Source: Mucisphaera calidilacus
GTDB lineage: Bacteria; Planctomycetota; Phycisphaerae; Phycisphaerales; Phycisphaeraceae
Length of the DNA stretch: 32,000 nucleotides
Assembly (NCBI RefSeq): GCF_007748075.1
Contig: NZ_CP036280.1
Coordinates: 2,160,001-2,192,000, forward strand
Direction of reading: 5' to 3'
Position numbers and translations under genes: made by a program
Notes under the pieces: generated by a model
Databases searched by the model: none
The model's input: only the letters and a program-made list of their open reading frames with translations
Told to the model about the DNA's origin: nothing
Shown here: positions 26,241 to 32,000 of the stretch, piece by piece
How positions within the stretch are numbered: position 1 is the stretch's first letter
How the letters are laid out: every line of letters begins with the position of its first letter

Positions 26241-26888
26241 TCAGGCGGGCGACGCAAACCGAAGCAGCGCCAGACGGATCTCCTCAGGCGTCAGACTCGC
26301 GTTCGAGACACCCGCGCGATCGCACGCACGCGGCATCCCGTAGATCACGCAGCTGTCCGGATGCTGCGCAATCACGACCCCGCCCGAACGACGCACCCGG
26401 GTAGCCCCCTCCACGCCGTCCGTACCGATGCCCGACATCACCACCGACAGCACACGACCCGGATAAACCTCGTCCGCCGAATCAAACAGAACGTCCGCCG
26501 ACGGACGGTAAATCTTCTCCACCGGCTCGGGCGACAGGTGCAGCTTCGGTCGCGTCCCGTCGCCTCGCCACACGCTCATGTGCTGATGACCCCGCGCGAT
26601 GTAAACCACGCCCGGCAGAACCGGCATCCCCTCCTCGGCATGATGAACCGTCAACGCCGCATCACGAGCAATCGATCGCGCCAGCGACTCCGTGAACCGA
26701 GGCGGCATGTGCTGCGCCACCAGAATCGGCACCCGAAGATCCGCCGGCAGGTTCGACAGAATATTCCGCAGCAGATTCGGCGAACCCGTGCTCGCTCCGA
26801 TCGTCACCAGCCGGATCTTATCGGTCGCCAGACCATCGATCGCTCGCTGGCCCGTGGGAATCGAAATGGTCTCGGTCAAACTGCTCAT
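26241..26888 (-). CDS. cheB: CheB-type protein-glutamate methylesterase/deamidase catalytic domain protein, lacking a receiver domain
   Basis: All three catalytic triad contexts are present: Ser in TIGASTGSP, His in LVAQHMPPRFTESLA and Asp in MSGIGTDGVEG. At 215 aa it comprises the catalytic domain only. Confidence 0.85.
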   Translation of the reverse strand: MSSLTETISIPTGQRAIDGLATDKIRLVTIGASTGSPNLLRNILSNLPADLRVPILVAQHMPPRFTESLARSIARDAALTVHHAEEGMPVLPGVVYIARGHQHMSVWRGDGTRPKLHLSPEPVEKIYRPSADVLFDSADEVYPGRVLSVVMSGIGTDGVEGATRVRRSGGVVIAQHPDSCVIYGMPRACDRAGVSNASLTPEEIRLALLRFASPA

Positions 26889-26948
26889 ATCGCTATCCCC
26901 TTATCGGCAAGACGCAGCGGCCGATGCAAGTGCTCTAAACTGACACAC

Positions 26949-28208
26949 GTGATTAATCGCCAAAAGCCCATCACACTGCTCCACTCGGCCCGACACCACC
27001 CGCGCTGGGCACGGCACTCCATCCTCGGCACACCCCGCGCCGCCTGGCGTGTCTGGATCGATACCCCCGCCACCTTCCGCGCCGAACACCTCGACCACCG
27101 GGGCAACATCCTCGATACGCAGACGATCAGCGACCCGTTCGAGCCGCTCCGCTGGGCACGCAAGACCGGGTCGCTCTGGGCCGGTTATGTCGGTTATGAG
27201 GCCGGCCGCGCCCTCGAAGCCACGCTCGACCCCGAACGCGACAACCTCCGCTGGCCACTCCTCCAGATCCAGCAACTCGAAGACCACCAGACGCTCCAGG
27301 CAGGCCCGCTCCCCAGCATGGCCCTGAATCCCGACGCGCCTTGGCACGCCGACACACCAAAACCCTCACGCACACGAGAGCAGTACCTCGACGACGTCCG
27401 CTACATTATCGACGCCATCCATCAAGGCGACCTCTTCCAGGCCAACCTGACCCACCAACTCAAGACGCCCTTCACAGGCTGCCCCCGCGCCTTCTACGCC
27501 GACCTCGCCACCCAATCCCCCGCGTGGTATGGCAGCCTGATCGAGCTGCTCGCGCCGCCCGAGGAGCCACAACGCACCCTCGCCTCCATCTCCCCCGAAC
27601 TCTTTCTCGAAGTCGATCACAACCGCATGACCACACGCCCCATCAAGGGCACCGCCACCACCAGCGACCAGCACGAGCTGATCCACTCCGCCAAGGACGC
27701 CGCCGAACTCAACATGATCGTCGACGTCCTACGCAACGACCTCGGACGCTCCGCCGCCATCGGGACCGTCAGCGTCGATCAGTCACGCCACATCGAGACA
27801 CACCCCACCGTCGCCCATGGCGTCGCCACCGTCACCGCGCAACTCCGTCCCGGAGACACATGGATCGACGCCCTGCGCCTCGCCTCGCCAGGCGGCTCCA
27901 TCACCGGGGCCCCCAAAGTCCAGGCCATGAAACGCATCGATCAACGCGAACCCGAATTCCGTGGACCCTACTGCGGCTCGATCGGATTTTTCCGCAACGA
28001 CACCTGCTGCTGGAACATCGCCATCCGTACCGCAGTCATCACACAGTCTTCACAGAATCAGCAGGGCGAACTCCGATTCGGCGTCGGTGGTGGCATCGTC
28101 GCAGACTCCGTCCCCGAGGAGGAGTGGATTGAAACACAAGTCAAGGCAAGATCAATCCTTACCACCATCGGCCAGAATCGGTCATTAGCGACCGCGATCT
28201 CCCGCTGA
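26949..28208 (+). CDS. pabB: Aminodeoxychorismate synthase component I
   Basis: Chorismate-binding family motifs GDLFQANLTHQL, SPELFL, NMIVDVLRNDLGR, GGSITGAPK and RGPYCGSIGF. PIKGT carries the Lys characteristic of PabB, where TrpE has Ala. The start is set at GTG 26949 because the upstream part of the track ORF is antisense to cheB. The start is uncertain. Confidence 0.8.
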   Translation: MINRQKPITLLHSARHHPRWARHSILGTPRAAWRVWIDTPATFRAEHLDHRGNILDTQTISDPFEPLRWARKTGSLWAGYVGYEAGRALEATLDPERDNLRWPLLQIQQLEDHQTLQAGPLPSMALNPDAPWHADTPKPSRTREQYLDDVRYIIDAIHQGDLFQANLTHQLKTPFTGCPRAFYADLATQSPAWYGSLIELLAPPEEPQRTLASISPELFLEVDHNRMTTRPIKGTATTSDQHELIHSAKDAAELNMIVDVLRNDLGRSAAIGTVSVDQSRHIETHPTVAHGVATVTAQLRPGDTWIDALRLASPGGSITGAPKVQAMKRIDQREPEFRGPYCGSIGFFRNDTCCWNIAIRTAVITQSSQNQQGELRFGVGGGIVADSVPEEEWIETQVKARSILTTIGQNRSLATAISR

Positions 28209-28403
28209 CACTATCAGGCTAGCCTCTCCAGCCCGCCCGATCCCTGTAATCGACTTATCCTTCCCAAATTGTTTGACTGCGACTGAACACGCCTTATCCT
28301 TACCTTGGGAGAGGTAATGCGCAAGCAGCGCGTTGCCGTGAGACGTACACACGGCTCAACAGGTTGGGGATGGAGTTATTTTCCACACAAGGAGGAGACA
28401 CGT

Positions 28404-29180
28404 ATGAAATTCGCTCATTCGACCACACTTCTGGCATGCCTCGGCATCGCCGCCACGTCGCAGGCAGACGTCCTCAACGACGCGCTCATCGACCTCGTCG
28501 AGACCAACGGGCTGGTCGGTGCCAACATCAACTTCGACTTCAACGACCTCAGCGTCTCCACGCTCAGCGGCGGCGATTCTGACCCCGCCGTCGGCGACAT
28601 CGTCGAGGGCGTCTTCACCATCGAGTCCATCACACTCGGCGACGAGAACGCCTCCTTCGTGGACGAACTCGTCCTCGCCAGCACCGACATCGAGGTCTTC
28701 GGCCGATACCAACTCGTCATCGACTCGATCGCCGGCCCCATCATCGGGACCTCCGTCGCCGACTTCGAGATCTTCGTCGACGACCGCGCCGATGGCGTGC
28801 GGTCCGTCGTCGGCCTGACCGGTTCCGCCGCCTACAACAACGCCAACTGGGGCGGCGCAGGCGGCATCGTCAACGGCTATATGTACGGCATGCTCGACAT
28901 CAACGCCGGCGGCTCCTACGACCTCGTCGTGCTGCCCAACGGCGACCTCTCCGTCGTCCCCGACCTCAACGTCGCTCCCGCCGGCCTCCCCATCAACGAC
29001 CCCGCCCTCGGCATCAACAGCAACGTCACCGGCACCGGCACCGTGACCGCGACAGGCGTCCCGGGCGAGTTCAACAACCGCGCCAGCTTCGCCGTCTCGG
29101 CCACCGTCCCCGAACCCGCCGCCAGCCTTCTCCTGGGCATCGGCGTCGTCCTCATGATGCGACGACCCCTCGCCGACTAA
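28404..29180 (+). CDS. PEP-CTERM sorting domain-containing secreted protein
   Basis: RBS AAGGAGGA lies 7 nt before ATG 28404. Signal peptide MKFAHSTTLLACLGIAATSQA. The C-terminus VPEPAASLLLGIGVVLMMRRP is a canonical PEP-CTERM tail. Confidence 0.8.
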   Translation: MKFAHSTTLLACLGIAATSQADVLNDALIDLVETNGLVGANINFDFNDLSVSTLSGGDSDPAVGDIVEGVFTIESITLGDENASFVDELVLASTDIEVFGRYQLVIDSIAGPIIGTSVADFEIFVDDRADGVRSVVGLTGSAAYNNANWGGAGGIVNGYMYGMLDINAGGSYDLVVLPNGDLSVVPDLNVAPAGLPINDPALGINSNVTGTGTVTATGVPGEFNNRASFAVSATVPEPAASLLLGIGVVLMMRRPLAD

Positions 29181-29206
29181 ACGGCCTCACAACCCAACCA
29201 TCCACA

Positions 29207-29243
29207 GAGCGCCTGGGCCCCACCGCCCGGGTGCTCTTTTCTT
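29207..29243 (+). terminator. Rho-independent terminator after the PEP-CTERM gene
   Basis: A 12-bp stem agagcgcctggg (29207-29218) / cccgggtgctct (29226-29237) with two G-U pairs, followed by tttcttggg. Confidence 0.6.
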
Positions 29244-29320
29244 GGGCACAACGCCACACACCCCGGAATCCCGCACCAACTACACGCATCATTCAAGCCC
29301 ACTCGACCCGCGATCAGACA

Positions 29321-30436
29321 TCACACCCCGAACAGGTTGTGCTGAACAAACATCCCCGACGACTCAAAGTAAGCCAGCGCCTCGTCCGTTGAGGTAAACA
29401 CCCTGGTCGCCGTCTCCGTGATGAACGGGCTCGGGTTCTTCGCCGGCTTCCACACCACGTAAACCTCCTTGCCGTGCTCAAACGCGTGCTGAAGCTCACG
29501 CTCAACACCCGACGACAGCCCCGGCATCCCACCAGGCAGCTCAGGCACCAGCGACACGATCATGTCCGACTGATCAATCAGCTTAAAGTCCCGCATATAG
29601 ATCTGACCGTCGATGTCGCCGGCGATATCCAGAACCTGCCGCACCGGAACCTGAAAACGCGTCGGCCGCCCACCCTCCACAATCACCGCCTCGATGAAGT
29701 CACGGCTCTCCTTCGCAGCATCCACGGCATTGTCCAGCAGCAGCTTCTCGTCGACGTCACCGGGATCAAAAGTGATGAAGTGCTTCGCCAACTCCGCCCG
29801 GAACGCGTTGATCTCCTCCTGAACATCAGGCAGCCCCACCACGTGCGTCATCGGGAAACTCGGATAGACACGCTTCATGCCTTCTCGGCAGACCAGACGC
29901 ACCATCGCCTCGTGCGTCTCCACCTCGCGACCGCGCGCAACAATACAGAAACCCGTCTCCGGACCCAGCGCCTGCGCCGCCAGCTCCGTCGCCATGATCT
30001 CCTCCTCCCGCCACACCATCAGGTCCTTGAGCGTCGCGTCAAGCGTGTGCTCGCCATGCAGCCGGTGGTGCACCACCTCAATATTGTCCACGAGGCAGAC
30101 CAGCACATCCGGCTTGAGCAAACGGATCTGATCGAAATCGAACGCCGAGAACAAGCCGTGACGCCAGCGGAACGTCGCGTGCGTGTTCACGATCACGTTC
30201 CGCTGACCCGACGATTCACTGATGATGTCCTTCATCGCCGAGCGACGCAGCGCGTGCAGCCGTGACAACGGCAGGTCCAGAATCCGGCCCGGTCGGACAT
30301 CCGGAGCCTCCCGGTACATCCGGTCACCCACGTTGTACAGCTCGATCGTCTCCCCACGCTCTCCGGCCAGACGAACCACAGCCTCCAGATAAGCCTTCTT
30401 GTCCATCCCCACCTGACCGGTCACCACAACGCGCAT
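29321..30436 (-). CDS. Two-domain fusion protein: archaeal-type adenylate-kinase-like N-domain plus nucleoside 2-deoxyribosyltransferase-like C-domain
   Basis: The start is set at ATG 30436, with RBS GAGGAAG upstream. The N-domain motifs VVVTGQVGMDKK, VIVNTHATFRWRHGLF and KPDVLVCLVDN parallel AdkA (VVVTGVPGVG.., V.VDTHSTV.TPKGYL, NPD.I.VVET). The C-domain motifs RVYPSFPM, DFKLIDQSDMIVSL, SSGVERELQHA and GKEVYVVW parallel the NDT fold. Confidence 0.7.
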   Translation of the reverse strand: MRVVVTGQVGMDKKAYLEAVVRLAGERGETIELYNVGDRMYREAPDVRPGRILDLPLSRLHALRRSAMKDIISESSGQRNVIVNTHATFRWRHGLFSAFDFDQIRLLKPDVLVCLVDNIEVVHHRLHGEHTLDATLKDLMVWREEEIMATELAAQALGPETGFCIVARGREVETHEAMVRLVCREGMKRVYPSFPMTHVVGLPDVQEEINAFRAELAKHFITFDPGDVDEKLLLDNAVDAAKESRDFIEAVIVEGGRPTRFQVPVRQVLDIAGDIDGQIYMRDFKLIDQSDMIVSLVPELPGGMPGLSSGVERELQHAFEHGKEVYVVWKPAKNPSPFITETATRVFTSTDEALAYFESSGMFVQHNLFGV

Positions 30437-30577
30437 AAAGTCTTCCTCAATAGAACATGCCACCTCGAAAACGCGAGTATACGCGGTTCAGAGACAACAG
30501 TACGCACCGACACTTTCAAGCTATGATGGACGGTCGGACCCGACGCTACGCCATCTTCCACGTAAGGGGATCGAATC

Positions 30578-31612
30578 ATGCTCCAACTCGCTCAGACCGC
30601 CACCCAGCTCATCTTCGGCGTCATCATCATCGTCCTGCTCGTGGCCGTCATCATCATCCTCGGCTTCATGCTCCGCTACCTCAACCTCTGGCTCCAAGCC
30701 GCACTCTCCAAGGCCTACGTCGGATTCAGCGAGATCATCGGCATGACCTTCCGGAAGGTAAACCCCACCATCATCGTCAACAGCCGGATCATGGCCAAGA
30801 AAGCCGGGCTCGACATCTCCACCGCACAACTCGAAACCCACTACCTCGCCCGAGGCGACGTCCCCCGCGTCGCCCGCGCCATGATCGCCGCCGACCGCGC
30901 CAGCATCGAGCTCCCCTGGGACAAGGCCTGCGCCATCGACCTCGCCGGCCGTGACATCCTCGAGGCCGTCCAGACCTCCGTGAACCCCAAGGTCATCGAC
31001 TGCCCCAACCCCGCTTCCGGCAAGACCACCGTCGACGCCATCGCACAGGACGGCATCCAGCTCAAGGCAAAGGCACGCGTCACCGTCCGCGCTAACCTCG
31101 CACGACTCATCGGCGGCGCTACCGAAGAAACCATCATCGCCCGCGTCGGCGAGGGCATCGTCACCACCATCGGCTCCGCCGGATCCCACAAGGCCGTCCT
31201 CGAAAACCCCGACCGCATCTCCAAGGTCGTCCTCGACAAGGGCCTCGACTCCGGCACCGCCTTCGAGATCCTCTCTATCGACATCGCCGATATCGACGTC
31301 GGCGACAACATCGGCGCCAAGCTCCAGGCCGATCAGGCCGAGGCCGACAAGCGACGCTTCCAGGCCGAAGCCGAAAAGAAACGCGCCATGGCCGTCGCCA
31401 CCGAGCAGGAGAACAAGGCCGGCATCGAGGCCAACCGTGCCAAGGTCGTCCTCGCCGAAGCCCAGATCCCCCAGGCCATCGCCGACGCCTTCCGCTCCGG
31501 CAACCTCGGCATCATGGACTACTACAAGCTCCGCAACATCCAGGCCGACACCGACATGCGTTCCTCCATCGCCGGCGAACCCGATCCCAAGAAATCCGAC
31601 ACCAGCTCCTGA
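30578..31612 (+). CDS. floA: Flotillin-like protein FloA (UPF0365/YqfA family)
   Basis: N-terminal TM, then [29 protein letters not shown], and a C-terminal Ala/Glu/Lys-rich coiled region. RBS AAGGGGA. Confidence 0.85.
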   Translation: MLQLAQTATQLIFGVIIIVLLVAVIIILGFMLRYLNLWLQAALSKAYVGFSEIIGMTFRKVNPTIIVNSRIMAKKAGLDISTAQLETHYLARGDVPRVARAMIAADRASIELPWDKACAIDLAGRDILEAVQTSVNPKVIDCPNPASGKTTVDAIAQDGIQLKAKARVTVRANLARLIGGATEETIIARVGEGIVTTIGSAGSHKAVLENPDRISKVVLDKGLDSGTAFEILSIDIADIDVGDNIGAKLQADQAEADKRRFQAEAEKKRAMAVATEQENKAGIEANRAKVVLAEAQIPQAIADAFRSGNLGIMDYYKLRNIQADTDMRSSIAGEPDPKKSDTSS

Positions 31613-31634
31613 ACCCGAACCCGCAGCACACGCC

Positions 31635-31666
31635 AACACGGACGCTCAGGCGTCCGTGTTTTTTTG
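31635..31666 (+). terminator. Rho-independent terminator of floA
   Basis: Perfect 10-bp stem acacggacgc (31636-31645) / gcgtccgtgt (31650-31659) with a tetraloop tcag, followed by a 7-T run. Confidence 0.85.
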
Positions 31667-32000
31667 TCCCGCCAAAGCTCGCAGCTCATCACAGAACGCC
31701 CAACGCCGCCCCATCATCTCCCGCCAGTCCGCCCCAAACCCCAGACACCCCAGCACCGCCGAGCGCAACACATCCATCCCCGCGCCCGTCGCAGCACTCA
31801 CCGCCACTACCTCCGATCCCAGACCCGCCGGCACACCCAGATCCGACTTGTTCATTACCCGCACGTCCGGCTCCCTCGGTAGAACAGCCGCCTCCGGCCA
31901 GTCCACCTCCGGGTCACGCACCGACACCAGCACCGCCGCACCCTCAAGCACCGGCCGGACACGCTCGATCGCCTCCGACTCCACCGCGTCACGCGTCTCG
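31646..32000 (-). CDS. GTP-binding protein with an MnmE/TrmE-like G domain, 5'-partial (continues beyond the window)
   Basis: The frame is open to the window edge. ETRDAVESEAIERV resembles the MnmE R.T.D.VE..GIER motif. G4 is NKSD and G5 is VSAATGAG. The C-terminus is short and lacks a terminal C-I/V-G-K motif, so I do not call it mnmE. Confidence 0.55.
   Translation of the reverse strand, partial: ETRDAVESEAIERVRPVLEGAAVLVSVRDPEVDWPEAAVLPREPDVRVMNKSDLGVPAGLGSEVVAVSAATGAGMDVLRSAVLGCLGFGADWREMMGRRWAFCDELRALAGQKNTDA

Noticed and set aside
26223-26948. N-terminal 242 codons of the 661-aa ORF that ends as PabB.
   Set aside because: This stretch is antisense to the CheB-like gene and Arg-rich. 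PabB-like sequence begins only after about 26949.
1-32000. A mobile element, prophage, genomic island or canonical defence island.
   Set aside because: No integrase, transposase, recombinase or phage structural genes are present. No tRNA attachment site or flanking long repeats are present. Apart from short AT-rich promoter patches, composition and codon bias look uniform by eye.

Overview
High-GC (~65%), densely coded chromosomal sequence with a strong C-ending codon bias. I support about 31 protein-coding genes on both strands. I found no rRNA, tRNA, CRISPR array, transposase, integrase or prophage genes. Most genes are housekeeping: sdhCAB (b558-type succinate dehydrogenase), ispD, sppA, nadK, uppP, metH, pabB, floA, a class-V aminotransferase, a Zn alcohol dehydrogenase and YceI. 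The envelope and secretion content (PEP-CTERM-type sorting tails, lipoproteins, a GT39/ArnT-like transferase) points to a diderm, possibly of the Planctomycetota/PVC group. That placement is only an impression from protein content. I see no canonical defence island or mobile element. Five loci are worth a second look. (1) A 300-aa protein with no acidic residues, built from a 57-bp tandem repeat and resembling histone H1/Hc2. (2) A tight four-gene minus-strand operon: receiver-less CheB-type methylesterase, membrane-anchored HCX5R phosphatase, GT39 glycosyltransferase and DUF3293. (3) A single polypeptide fusing an archaeal-type adenylate-kinase-like domain with a degenerate P-loop to a nucleoside 2-deoxyribosyltransferase-like domain. 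(4) An orphan Phd/YefM antitoxin with an AT-rich palindromic operator and a probably leaderless promoter. (5) A truncated GH2 relic that has lost its catalytic residue. All functional calls come from reading motifs in the supplied translations. No database search was run. The many long alternative-frame and antisense ORFs in the track are composition artefacts and are rejected.
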